From: the human T2T-CHM13v2.0 reference genome, Homo sapiens | Direction: 5' to 3' (one strand) | Assembly: GCF_009914755.1 (NCBI RefSeq) | Contig: NC_060931.1 | Length of the DNA stretch: 64,000 nucleotides | Shown here: positions 1 to 12,194 of the stretch, one piece after another | How positions within the stretch are numbered: position 1 is the stretch's first letter | How the letters are laid out: each line of letters starts with the position of its first letter | Notes under the pieces: model-generated | What the model saw: the letters and a program-made list of their open reading frames with translations, nothing else | What the model was told of the DNA's origin: nothing | Databases searched by the model: none | Program-made: the position numbers and the translations under genes

Positions 1-668
1 ATCAATACTAAGGGGCAGGCAAAGGAGTCATCACAATGGAGATGAGAAGGAGCAGCTAGGAGATGGGAGGGATACACAGGTATAGTATCTCAGTAGAAAG
101 GCATTTCAAAGGGCAAACAGTGTCAAATGCTATGGAGATCTCAGCAAATGGAGGTCTGAAAAGTGTCCACTGAATGTAGTAACAAGGAGGTCATCAGTGA
201 CCTTGGAGAGAACTGTTTTGGTAAATTGGTAAGGGCAATAGTCAGAATGCGGAGGGCTGAGGATTGAATATGGTGTGACGATGTGAAGGCAACAAAGAGA
301 ATTTTAGCAAGAAGATTTGCCTGTGAAGGGAGGAGAGATATCTGGAGATGGATGTGGAATGAAGGAAAAATTTATTTAATTAATTGAATTTTACAAAGCA
401 AGAAATTTGAGAATACTTAAGTGCTAATGAGGCTGGTCTGAAGGTAGTGTTATATCAACTGATTGTTCGCTGCCAGTTATAGATTGAACTCCTTGTTCTA
501 CTCTTTTTTAAGATTAAAAAAAATTTTTTAATGCTAATGAGGAGAACCTAGGATAAACTGAGAAGCTGTAAAAACCGGAGAGGGAATGATTGGAAATGTG
601 GAGGGGGCAGATCAAGAACTAAGACGAAGAGTTTAGCCTGAAGAGTAGGAGGGAGATTTTCTTTGTAA
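1..668 (-). mobile_element. L2 LINE fragment (interrupted by the Y RNA copy and an LTR; continues ~1168-1650 and ~2045-2520)
   Basis: Typical L2 antisense text gtgtcaaatgct...ggaggtcatcagtgaccttgg; purine-rich. Confidence 0.7.
431..523 (+). pseudogene. Y1 RNA (RNY1) retro-pseudogene, 3'-truncated, with A-rich tail
   Basis: GGCTGGTCTGAAGGTAGTG-TTATATCAACTGATTGTTC...GAACTCCTTGTTCTACTCTTT matches the hY1 5' ~78 nt; TSD TGCTAATGA at 422-430 and 532-540. Confidence 0.88.
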
Positions 669-1167
669 TGTGAGACAAGGTAGCAAATGTAAGAAGCCAT
701 GTTTCCTCATTTCTGCTTCTCAGCAGAATTTCACAAAGCCCCTGACTGTGACAATGACACACCGCTACCCTGAAAGATGCTCTGAAGAAAAAACAGGATA
801 AAGCACACGGCCCCCAGTGTCTCTTGCCTGAGTCAATGTAGTCCATAAAAGATAAATGACCTTAGTCCTTGCCTTTCCCTGCACATAAGATAACATCTGA
901 CAGAGTTAGTGGTTCTGCTTCTAACATGTATAACCAAATGTACTTTAGAGATCTATAACCAGATGTACTCTTAACACCCAAGCTTTGATGTGATTTTGCA
1001 TGTACTGAACCTCCACCTCCTATATATAAGCAATGGGCTGAAACACTGTGCAGGAGCAGTCTGGCAACCGCTCCTGGGCTATATGTAGTCCTTGGGCCTC
1101 AGTAAGACTTCTGGATAAAACTAACTTTAATTCTTTAAAAGCTTGATTTTTTTTTCTTTAGTTGACA
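669..1167 (+). mobile_element. Solo ERV LTR (LTR47-like)
   Basis: TG...CA termini, 4-bp TSD GTAA (665-668/1168-1171), TATATATAAG at 1021; subfamily from memory. Confidence 0.75.
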
Positions 1168-1659
1168 GTAACAAGGGATAAGAGAGGAATGAGAAGGAAG
1201 ATAAGATTTTAGATTCAGTGGTGGGAAATTGAAGGAGTTCTTGATGATTTTTTCTCCCAAGTAGGAGGCCTTATCACTTTCAGAGTGTGGGAAACAGTGG
1301 AGTCAGTTAAAACAAACTCAATAGAGTTCAAGGCTGAACTGACTGAATAAAGAGAAGAAATTCCAGGCACCGTGTGAGGGCCCATTAATTAATTCACTGT
1401 GGCACCAACCTGCAGAATTGAGTGTTTTCTCCAGGTAAGTGGTAGGTTTGAAGAAAGTAGAGAGCTATAGAGGGCCTAGAGTTGAGGTTTTGACAGGTGG
1501 GCCCAGTGAAAGACAATGGGAATTACAGATGAAGATATTGGTAGGAAAGGGGCTAAAATGATGGACAGTGCATGGAGTCTAGCCAAGGATCCAGGAGAAG
1601 GCAGAGGGGAGCTGGTAAAGCAAGGGTAGTGAGTTCAGGGACTTTAAATTCTAGTTAAC

Positions 1660-2044
1660 GCTTGTCCTCTGTTGTCTCTCACTTGCTCTGATGGAAACCA
1701 GCTGTTATGTTGTGAGTTGCCCTATGGAGAGACCCATGTAGAAGGAAACTGAACCACTGAAAAACTGAGGCTCTTAGTCCAACATCTTGAGGAACTGAAT
1801 TCTGTCAGCAACTATGAGTGAGCTTGGGAAGCAATCTACCTTCAGTCAGAGGAGGACCTTCAGATGAGACCACAGTCCCCTTCCCAACTCCCCTTGACAC
1901 CTTGACTGCAGCTTTATAAGAGAAGACCTGGAGGAAAAGGCAGGCACCCACCCCAGATTCCTTACCCACAAAAACTGTGAGATAAATGCTTATTGTTTTC
2001 TTTAGTATTTAAGTTTTGGGGCAAATTGTTATGTAACTAATACA
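1660..2044 (+). mobile_element. MaLR LTR (MLT1-type)
   Basis: gaggaactgaattctg...ccttcagatgagacc...ctgtgagataaatg...taataca MLT1 hallmarks. Confidence 0.75.
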
Positions 2045-2398
2045 AGATATAAGATAATTAACTGAATGAGAAGGGAGAGAGGACAGCAGTTATGATCAAA
2101 GACAAAGTGTTTGAGTTTACAATCGTACCTATGAAGTTATGGTGTTTTATCTGTCTGGAGAACGTCCTAAATTGGTGCAGAGGTCAAGTTTACTGAAGAT
2201 GAGATCAAGGAGCAAAGAGGTCAGGGTATGGGATAAGTCATGCTCGTAGATATTGAAGTATTTCAGGATTATTGGCTGAAGACCGTGCACCAAGTGTTAA
2301 CAATTTCAATGAATGACACGGTAGAAATAGGGGTACGGTAGATAAAAAGCCACGAGATAGAGAGGGGTATAATCTGATGGAACCAACTTCCACAGAGG

Positions 2399-2424
2399 TT
2401 TTTTTTTTTTTTTTTTTTTTTTTT
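2399..2424 (+). repeat. (T)26 mononucleotide run
   Basis: Direct count. Confidence 0.9.
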
Positions 2425-2528
2425 GGAAAAGGGTGGCAAATTAGGGATCTAAGAAGGTGACCTCAAAACTTAACCCTGGGATATGTTTAGTGTGGGAGAA
2501 TAAACTTACAATCTTTTAAGAGAGCAAG

Positions 2529-2840
2529 GGGCCATGCACTGTGGTTAATGCATGTAATACCAGCACTTTAGGAGGCCGAGGTAGGAGTATAGCTTGAGCC
2601 CAGGAGACCAGCCTGGGCAACATAGTGAAATCTCAGCTCTACAAAAAAAAAATTAGCTGGGCGTGGTAGCGCGGACCCGTGGTACCAGCTCCAGCTACAC
2701 CGGAGACTGAGGCAGGAGGATCGCTTGAGCCTGGGAGTGTCAAGGCTGCAGTGAGCCGTGATCGTGCCCCCGCACTCCAGCCTGAGCGACAGAGCGAGAC
2801 TTTGTCTCAAAAAAGCCACAAAACCAAAGAAACAAAAAGA
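2529..2840 (+). mobile_element. Alu (J-like)
   Basis: Dimeric Alu with A-rich linker and tail. Confidence 0.9.
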
Positions 2841-3601
2841 ACTGCAAGGGAAGTACTGTCTTCAGTGTAGAGCCAAGTTTTACGATTAAATGACATAACA
2901 CATGCAAGGTCCTTGGTTCCACATAGTGGGCACTCAACGAATATTAGTTCTCGCTAAACAGTCACTTAAATATTTGTAGGCCTTGGCTTTCCCGTTCCTT
3001 CCCCGACCTTTTTACTGGGGCTAGGGAAGGTATCCGGTGGCTGGAGGCGCTTCACACTGGGTCGGGTGAGAGCGTGAAGCGAGCCTTTTCCCTAACGTCA
3101 CGGGAGCAGCTGGGAAGAGACCGAAGAACGAGGGTCACTCTCCCCTGTATACGTGGCATGTCCTTCCTCTGAGACATTTATTCCTCCCACCAACAAACAT
3201 TAATGGAACGCCTCACAAGTGCTAGACCCCAGCGACACAAACAAGGGCGAGGCACACTCTCTGACTACAAAAAGGGCGCGCGGCCGCGTGGCAGGTCAAA
3301 GCCCACATCGGTAGGAGGTTCCACAAAGCTCTGATTTTCCAAGTTCTCTCCATACTTTTAGCCAAGGTAAAATGTCGGAAGTCGAGTGGAGCGGGTACGG
3401 AGATTCCTCCAGGACTCTGCCTGCGTGGCTCCACCCTCCCAGGCCGCATTCCCGGGTACAGCGGCGCCCACCTAGGTGGGTATACAAGTGTGCGCCCCTG
3501 AGGCCAGCGGGGAAGGACGTCATGGGCGAGGTCAGGCGGGAGGGCGCGGCTGGCTCCGCCCCTGGGGCTCCCATGGCCCCCCGCGCCCCGCGGCCAGATG
3601 C

Positions 3602-3609
3602 TGACGTGT
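3602..3609 (+). promoter_or_regulatory. CRE/UPRE-like bZIP motif TGACGTGT
   Basis: Motif match within the CpG island; half-CRE motifs also near 3094 and 3516. Confidence 0.4.
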
Positions 3610-3655
3610 CCTTTCCTTCCCACTACACCTCCCGACATTACCTACTCCGGCTGCC

Positions 3656-3671
3656 CCGGAAGTCCCGCCCC
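3656..3671 (+). promoter_or_regulatory. ETS (GABPA/ELK) site abutting an Sp1 GC box
   Basis: CCGGAAGT 3656-3663 then CCCGCCCC. Confidence 0.65.
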
Positions 3672-3769
3672 ATATTTAGCCCATCCTTGCAAATCAACTC
3701 TTTCAGCGCTTCCTGGAACTCACCACCGTTTTGGGGACCAAGAGGCGGGGCTCCGCGAGCAGGGTGCCT

Positions 3770-3807
3770 ATTGGCCTGAGGGCCGGCGGGCTCTGGGCGC
3801 TAATTGG
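3770..3807 (-). promoter_or_regulatory. Two inverted CCAAT boxes (NF-Y), 33 bp apart
   Basis: ATTGG at 3770-3774 and 3803-3807, followed by GC boxes GGGCGG (3806-3818); ~3 helical turns is typical of NF-Y pairs. Confidence 0.8.
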
Positions 3808-4056
3808 GCGGAGGGCGGTGGCGCTCTGGCACGCTTGCGCGGCGAGTAGAACGTGTGGCGGCGGCGGAGATCGCGTCTCTTTCGCTCCGTGTCCCGCTGC
3901 TGCTCCTGTGAGCGCCCGGCGAGTCCGTCCCGTCCACCGTCCGCAGCTGGTAGCCAGCCTGCCCCTCGCCTCGACTCCCTTTCACCAACACCGACACCCA
4001 CATTGACACCTCCAGTCCGGCCAGCCGCTCCACTCGTTGCCTTTGCATCTCCACAC

Positions 4057-4134
4057 ATGGCGTCCTCCGCGCAGAGCGGCGGCTCCTCCGGGGGACCCGC
4101 GGTCCCCACCGTGCAGCGGGGCATCATCAAGATG
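4057..4134 (+). CDS. SND1: SND1 coding exon 1 ([26 protein letters not shown]), 78 nt
   Basis: ATG at 4057 (ccacacATGG); translation matches the SND1 N-terminus as I recall it; donor ATG|gtgaga at 4135. Confidence 0.98.
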
Positions 4135-4711
4135 GTGAGAACGGGCCCCGGACACCGACCCCTCTGCCTGCCTTCGGGCGGGAGTCAGGCATTGACTCCA
4201 CCTTCCGCCAGCCTGCTCCATGTCCCAGATCCCCTTTCCTCTGCCCCCTTCCTCACTTTTCGTCGATTCTCCGAATCCTCTCACTAGACGGAAGCAGACA
4301 CGGAGTCCCCTTGTTCCTTGCCTCCCGGACACCTTGACATCAGGGGTCACAGTGATTTCCGAGGTTGCGGCATTCGGATCTCCTGTCTGTTTACCAGGAC
4401 AGATCGATTACTGATTGATTAACAGAGACAATTCGTTGATATCTGTCCTCCCATCCCCCGTCTTTCTGTTCATTTTGACATATGCTGAGTAGTTAGTAGT
4501 TTTTCGAGATCCTGACATCGGCTCTTCTCTACTAGTACTTGGCCATCATGAAACTTTTCTGTTCCCACAAACGCTGTTACTTGACTCCCAAGTTTTCTCA
4601 CTCTGTGGCCCTCTTTTCCTCTCTTTCCCTCCACCTCTTGTGTCGACCTGAAAGCTCCTGATCTTTGTGTACTTTTGACTTCTAAAAGGTTAGGCCGGCA
4701 AGAATCTTAGT

Positions 4712-4862
4712 AATCATCATTGTTCTCCCGTCCCTTAAAGATAAGGAGATAGGCTTGAAGAAGGCAAGTGACTTGCTTAAGGTCACATGGTGGTTTGGGT
4801 TGGAGCCATAGCAAGAGCCCAAGTGTTCGGATTCCTGGTCTAGTGCTCATAGCACTATAGAT
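4712..4862 (-). mobile_element. MIR
   Basis: aagtgacttgcttaaggtcaca core. Confidence 0.65.
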
Positions 4863-5210
4863 TCTGCCTGATTTTATATACCCTCAACTTTTTGAAAATT
4901 CTTCAATTTTGAATTTGAACCTGCAAAGTTTATTTTTACAATTTACTCCTAGCTCCATGATAATTTGATAATATAAATTCAGTTTATCACTTGCCCCCAG
5001 TTGTCCTCCCCAAAACCCTTCCAAATCTTGGAACCTGACATTTCTTGGTTTTACCAATTTTCTGGTTTATGATGACTGTAAACTTCTAGATGTCGTTTCA
5101 TACTGCAGTTCTGACATTTGTATCTGCAACAGCAAATATCTTTTGTGATACTTTCTCCCAAGGCTCCACAAGTTTTGCTGTTGTAGAAAGTTTTGAAAAA
5201 TTCTATTTTA

Positions 5211-5327
5211 GGCCTGGTGCGGTGGCTCATGGTGGTAATCCCAGCACTTAGGAGGCCGAGGTGGGAGGATTGCTTGAGGCCAGGAGTTGGAGATCAGCCT
5301 GGGCAACATAGCAAGACCCAGTTTAAA
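5211..5327 (+). mobile_element. Alu left monomer (FLAM-like)
   Basis: Single monomer; TSD AAAAATTCTATTTTA on both sides. Confidence 0.85.
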
Positions 5328-5904
5328 AAAAATTCTATTTTATTACCCTGTTATCTTTCACAAGATTAAAATGTTCTGCAGCTTATGTGTGTGTAAAGCT
5401 GATTTTAAGATCCCCTCGCCCAATTCCCATGTGCTCATTTCTTAAGGTAATAGTCTGCCACCAGCCAAGATTCTTGGGATTTTCAGTACTGCCTTTTCCT
5501 TTTGTTTATGTGTAATGGAGGGTCAGAACTGATCTGAAACTGAATGAGAAGAGAATTTCCAAGATCCGCATATATTTTTCCTCTGAAATACTGACCTGAC
5601 CCATGAAAGGATTATCCTAAAGTGGCTCTTCTTTCGTTAGCTTTTTCATTTGCACTGATCTTCTCTTCACCATAGGAACAAAAACATCTCTTGGCTCTCC
5701 GGTGTTGGGTTTGGCAGTAAGAAAGAGTGGATCTTTCTGAGATTTCTCCTTGCTGAGGTTTAAATTGTTCTTAAAGGTCTCTCTCATTTGTGGAATGGGA
5801 ATAGAATGAGGCTGAACATAGTTTTGTTTCCGCCAATGCTGGAGGCTTTTAGGGCATCTGGATTCTGTGCGGTGACTGCCCACAAATTACCCCCATGGAT
5901 ACTG

Positions 5905-6135
5905 AATATCACCAATTACTTGTTTATTGTCATGTCTTGTGCTGACTATTCTGCTCATATTGTCTCATTTGTAATACCTAACAAGTAGATAACGATTATC
6001 AGCCACATTTTATAGATGTGTAATTTGAGGTTTAGAAAGAATAGTTAACCCAAGGACAGGTACCTTATATTGGTAATAAGAGGCAGAGCTGAGACTTGAA
6101 CCCAGGCCTGTCTGCCACGGCACATGCTCTTCAAT
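5905..6135 (-). mobile_element. MIR
   Basis: cattttatagatg...cccaagg...ggcagagctgagacttgaacccagg. Confidence 0.65.
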
Positions 6136-7927
6136 ATCATGCATGATGTCTCTGACTTCATGACTCCAGGGTATTAATTTATAACATGGAGGGTGGGGCC
6201 AGTGATGCATAACCACAAATTGCAGGAAAGTGAAGCTGTCTATAATTGAGAAAAGATTAGATGTTACTCCTTGTCTTGTCTGGGAGCTGCTATTATGGTA
6301 AATGACTTCATTTGGTGCTTATGGTCTTCACATAGGAGTATGGTGTGGAAGATGATTGAGTCTGGGTAGTGGCATATACAATTCAGTGATTTGAGCCATC
6401 TGTACTGAGTATAGATTGCACTGCCTTCTCTGACCACACTACAGGGGTTGGGTGAGTTACAGGCAGGGATTAGGGGAGGAAAGCTGAGTGAACTGCAGAG
6501 TGACAGGCAGATTTGTGCCAGGTTTAGAAGCCTTGTCTGGAATGAAAAATTGACCACTGGCAAATTGCTGTGTGTGAAGCTCTTCTGCTAAGCAAAGTTG
6601 TATTTTCCTGTAGAGTAATAGTTTCCATTGGTACTAGGAACTGCTTTGCAAGAACTCTACAAAGGAAGATGGAGCTCTGTGACAGATGAAAGTGAGAAAG
6701 AAATAGTTTGATGAATAGGAAAACAGGAGACACTACTTTTCTGCCTTTTGGGAGAGAGGTAGAAATTGGAACACTGACCTACGCTTTTCATTGTTAACTC
6801 TTTGGATTTATCTGGACTCAGGCTGAGCTGAAGGTCTGAAATCGTCTAGGGTTGAAGTTTGCTGCTGTAAAGAGGAATAGTCCTTCCTCTTTTTTGGCAA
6901 AAGAAAGTGTTGCAGGGCCGTGAAAGACACAAGTTTCTTCTGGTCTCTGCTTTGCTATCCTGTTAAGTCCTACATTATTTTGTTTAAGGTTGAAGAACTT
7001 GGGAATCCAGTTGTAAAACACTTTGACCAATTTTTAAAAAACGAGGGTGATGTTGACACCTGTGTCTGCTATTGAGAGTTGGGGTGAAGGGACAGAGTTG
7101 GTTCTGGAATATTTAAGGAGGAAGTGGACAGTAAGTTGATACAGATATTTTGGAGTTGTTCTGTTACAGAAAAAATCAGCAAGGATGATGGAAAAACTTA
7201 AGATGGATTTGTATTTTCTGAGTTGGGATGAGACTAGCAAGTATGTGGGTGGACAAAATATAACCCAGATAAATACATGTCTTCTATCAAATCAGATTTT
7301 ATTTTCTCGAAACCCTGAAGGATTTAAAATCTGGGTTTCTTTGAATAATTTGCTTGATACTCTTTAACTGCAACAGAATATTGTCAGCAGATGCTAAGTA
7401 GATGAGGTTGGGAGAAGTGTTGGGTACTTAGTATAAATTGAGTCACCCCCCTTAGCTTTGAGATGGCTATTTTCTCTGGTTTTACTGACCTGGTTTACTC
7501 TCTGTTTTTTTTCTCTTTGGGTATGTTTACATGTCTTGTCAAGCATTCGCAACAGCAGAATGAATCTTGAATTCTTGAATCTTCTGTGCTTATCAGAAGC
7601 AGCCATGGAGGCAGCATATCTTATCCTACTTATGGTGTGGAAGGCTGAAGGGAGGACGGACAGTGCCAAATCCCAGTTCCCATTTCACCTTACCCTCCCC
7701 TCACCCACTTAATTGCCTCAGAAGGGGAAAGGAATGCCTCTGCCAGTCTTTTGTTTTATTCTAAGAACCATGATTCTCACTGGGTGACCAAAGCAAAGGG
7801 ACACAAGGGAGGAAAGGGCCATAATTTTCTCCTTCAATGGGACTTGTGCTGTCAGGTTGTTGTAAAGCAAGATGTAGACTTCTTGCTGGGTAGCTTAGTG
7901 GTGATTCCTTCAGTGTACAGCCTTTAG

Positions 7928-8279
<352 letters not shown>

Positions 8280-8385
8280 AATCTTAGGTTTCTGAACTAA
8301 GAAGTGTGTGTCTTTGAAAAGTTCAGTGGGGACAGAGAAGTTTGTTGACCTGCTCGTTCTTACGTGTACTTCGCTCATGCAGGAA

Positions 8386-8458
8386 TGTTGCGGGAAGTCA
8401 GGGACCCCGAACAGAGGGACTGGCTATGTTGAAGTATTGGGGGTGGGTTCCCCCAATA
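8386..8458 (+). mobile_element. Internally deleted 73-bp MER11 (HERV-K HML-8) solo LTR
   Basis: MER11 5' end TGTTGCGGGAAGTCAGGGACCCCGAAC fused to a MER11-like 3' end ...GGTTCCCCCAATA; 6-bp TSD CAGGAA (8380-8385/8459-8464). Confidence 0.85.
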
Positions 8459-8809
8459 CAGGAAAAAACAAACAAACAAAACCCACCTTTCCTAAGCTAC
8501 TTAAAATACCCTTCTACTATTCCAAGGGATAAGGTAGCTGAATAACAATATTTTAGAAGGGCCATTTATGAAGAAGTAGATAGGCTAGGATGGAAGGCTT
8601 TTCCCAGTGGTCTTAAAATGCCCATTTCCCGGCAGGTAAGCCTGGTAGCTTTTAATCAAGATTGTAAGTAAAGGAACACTAAGTTTTTACTGTATCTTAA
8701 AGGTTTTCTGTCATTTTTCTGTCAAAAGGAAGCATCCATCTGGCTCTAGTTATGTTAGCAGTGTAATAACTAATGAAATAGAATCATAAGCAATCATACT
8801 TCCTTTCTT

Positions 8810-9150
8810 TCTTGAACAAATATTTATTGATCATCTGCTATCTGTCAAGCTCTGGGCATTGGAGAAACAGAATTTAAAAAGTAGATCAAATTTCTATCCT
8901 TATGGCTTATGGAGGAGTCAGACAATAAAGAAGTTAACAAGAAATAAGCATGATCATACAAGATAGTGATACCAGGTAAGGGACTGGGACAGAGTGGTTT
9001 GTAGTAAGGGAGAGGGTGGGTCCTTTGGATACTGTGTTTAGGAAAGACTTCTCAGAAGATGGCATTTGTGCTGAGATCTGATGGACATCAAAAACTAACC
9101 ATAAAGGAAGGGCGTTCCTGGCCGAGGAAACAGCAAATGCAAAGCCCCTG
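8810..9150 (-). mobile_element. L2 3' fragment
   Basis: aacaaatatttattga...aacagcaaatgcaaagcccctg. Confidence 0.65.
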
Positions 9151-9171
9151 GGGTTTCCACCATTGATGATT

Positions 9172-9482
9172 TATTTTTTATTTTTTATTTTTTTCAGTCA
9201 GGATTTCACTTAGTTGCCAGGCTGGAATGCAGTGGCACAATCATGGCTCATTGCAGCCTTGAACTCCTGGGCTCAAGGGATCCTCCTGCCTCAGCCTCCT
9301 CCTGAGTAGCTAGGACTACAGGTGCGTGCTACCACACCTGGCTAATCTTTTATTCTTTTTTGTAGAAATGGGGTCTTGCTATGTTGCCCAGGCTGGTCTC
9401 GAACTCCTGGACTCAAGTGACCTTCTCCACTCTGGCCTCCCAAAGTGCTGGGTTTATAGGCATGAGCCACTGCACTTGGCCT
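9172..9482 (-). mobile_element. Alu (J-like)
   Basis: Antisense dimer; TSD ATGATTTATT. Confidence 0.9.
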
Positions 9483-9695
9483 ATGATTTATTCTTTAGAG
9501 TTTTTATAGTAGCTCTTCAGTTCCTTCACGTTCAGTATCCCATGTAAATAGTTTGGGTTTAACCTGAGTTATTATGTAATATATGTGTTTAAGGGTGATA
9601 AAAGGAAGAGAGGCAGTGGAGATGGTAATTTTTCTGGTACCCTGGTGAGATCAACAGCTGACATTAAGTACACTGAATAAATATTAAGAATTGGA

Positions 9696-10035
<340 letters not shown>

Positions 10036-12194
10036 TTAGTCATATGCTTGTTTCTAATAGGATTAAGACTAAGATTTTCTGACTATCAGCTAGTCCTGTG
10101 TATTCCCAAAGTCACTATTTTTCTTCTAATGGAGGGAAAAACATGGATTAAAAAAGAAAATGCCAAAAGTAGGCTTTATAAGAGCTAAATAGCATCTAGA
10201 ACTTGCCATTGTTGATATTTCTCTTAGCATTTTGTTACTACATGGAATTTACTGCTGCTCTGGCCTCTGGCAGTACTTTTTTGCCTAGCAAGCTTTAGTG
10301 AACTGTGTTAGTGAAAAGCAAAGTAGCATGCTTCAGGGGATCAAAACTAATTATCAGGTAAGAACTCGCTTACGCATCCTGTGGCTCATTAACATGAGTG
10401 GGAACTTCTGAGGCCAGTGACTAGTGCTGGCAATAGTGGGCAAATGATTTGGTGAAGTCTATGCCCCAGTTTATTTGGAGGATGAAATTTGGGGAGCAAG
10501 TGAAAATTGTGATTTCTGTTTGTAGGTTTAGCAGAGAAAATTGGCCAGGTTTTTGAATTCAGGTAACAAGGTATCTAAGGCCTGTTGTCCACTCACTTCT
10601 CAGCATAGGCTAGCTATCCATCTGACAGGTGTGGTTCTAACAGGGGCATAGTAGATATCCTTTAGAGTCTGATCTTTGGATTTATTTCATTTCTCCAAGA
10701 AGAGCATAGTTACATACTGTAGGAAATTTTGTGCATTATCAGGGAAAACAAATGCAATGAAGGAACTCAACTCTTACTGGGCTTATCTGGCTTTTCCTCA
10801 TATTTCTTGCTGGGAGATGAATACACAACCCGGTTTCTGTTGCTACTTCCTCTCTTGGGAGACTGACATATGCTTTTTGCTTTTACAGCAGAAATTTATG
10901 TGGAATCACAGGTTGTGAACATTCGATATAGATGGAATGTTACGGGATTTCACTTACTTTCATTAGACTCAATATAATACATTAATGATCTTTTTCTTCA
11001 CTCTAATGTTTAAGAAAAAAATGAACAGTGGTTTCAGTTGGCATTTTTTAAAAATTAGGAAGTTAAGCAACTTATGGGAAAAATAAAACTAAAATTTTGA
11101 TGTCATTTTCAGATGCCATTTTTGAAATGTGTAATCTATGATATAAACTGGTTTGGCACATTTTCTTCACTTATGTGCTTATCATGTGTGACTTAAGGTA
11201 CCATCTCCTCTCTATTCCTCAACAAATTTTGAGGCTCTTTGGGTTCTTAGTTCTGTTTATGTGGCAAGTAGTCTGCTTGGGATGGTCTTGTAGCACCAAC
11301 CTCATGTATATCAAGAGGAATAAAGGAGATTTAAAGAATCTGTGCTTAAAGTTAGTAATCTAATTTATTAACTTTGTCCCTGGAAAGCAGCATGGCAGAG
11401 AGAAGAGATCATTGGCCCAGAAGTCAGGGGACACAAGTTCTGGCCTGGGTGCTGCCATTTGGGTAATGTTGGGTAAGATATTCCACCTCAAACTCTCCTT
11501 TTCTCTAACATGAGGTTGCTGGATGCATTGTCTCTAAGCATTTTCCAGTCCCATAAGGCTGTAATTTTATAAGAAACCCTGTGTTACATTTCATTTAGGC
11601 ATGCTGAAACAAAGTTGAGAAATCTCATACCTTAACGGCTTGACTTTGAATTGCCGTTTATCTTGCATAAAGCAGGTTTTCTGTTCCTATTCTTTTTTTT
11701 TTTTTTTTCTAATCTTTAGTTTGAGAAAGAAGATTAGTGGAAATATGGTTTTCCAGTGTGGAAGACCAGAGAGTTAGAATGAGACTAAATGATTGAATGG
11801 TGGGGTGGAGAGAGGGTAGATAGAAGTAAGGGGAGTTCTTGGTTTCCTTTCAGTAGTGTATCATGATAAACTAGTGGGAGTGTTGCTTGAGACCCAGAGG
11901 AACATGGTTCTAGTGGGTTTTATTCACCTAGTCCTATCTCTGCTTCAGAACACTGTGACATTTTCCTGGTGCAGCAGATCTTGACTTGAGAAGGGAAGGA
12001 GAGAGGAGGCAACTTAGGGAGCCTCTGGCTCATAGGGAGAGTCTATTCTTGCCCTGCTCTTGACTGGGAGACTGTGGTGGGAGTGTGGGGGCTAATAGGG
12101 TCCTGAGCTCTGTTCTTCTTGCTTGGAGCCAGGACTTTGGTTTTTGTTTAGTTTTGTTTTCAGATCTTTTTCAGTTCTATTTAATGCACAAGTA

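Larger units (their letters stand above)
3000..4400. promoter_or_regulatory. SND1: CpG island / TATA-less SND1 promoter and 5'UTR
   Basis: Abrupt rise in GC and CpG density around exon 1; no TATA box upstream of the 5'UTR. Confidence 0.92.

Noticed and set aside
3756-3807. ERSE (CCAAT-N9-CCACG) around the CCAAT boxes
   Set aside because: Required CGTGG half-site is absent (CGAGC and GGCTC instead)
3222-4414. Many overlapping 60-140 aa ORFs on both strands around the promoter
   Set aside because: Expected from stop-codon scarcity in a CpG island; only the frame ending in SND1 exon 1 has support
6137-6148. 12-bp palindromes ATCATGCATGAT (and CTAGGATCCTAG ~61310)
   Set aside because: Several of this size are expected by chance in 64 kb
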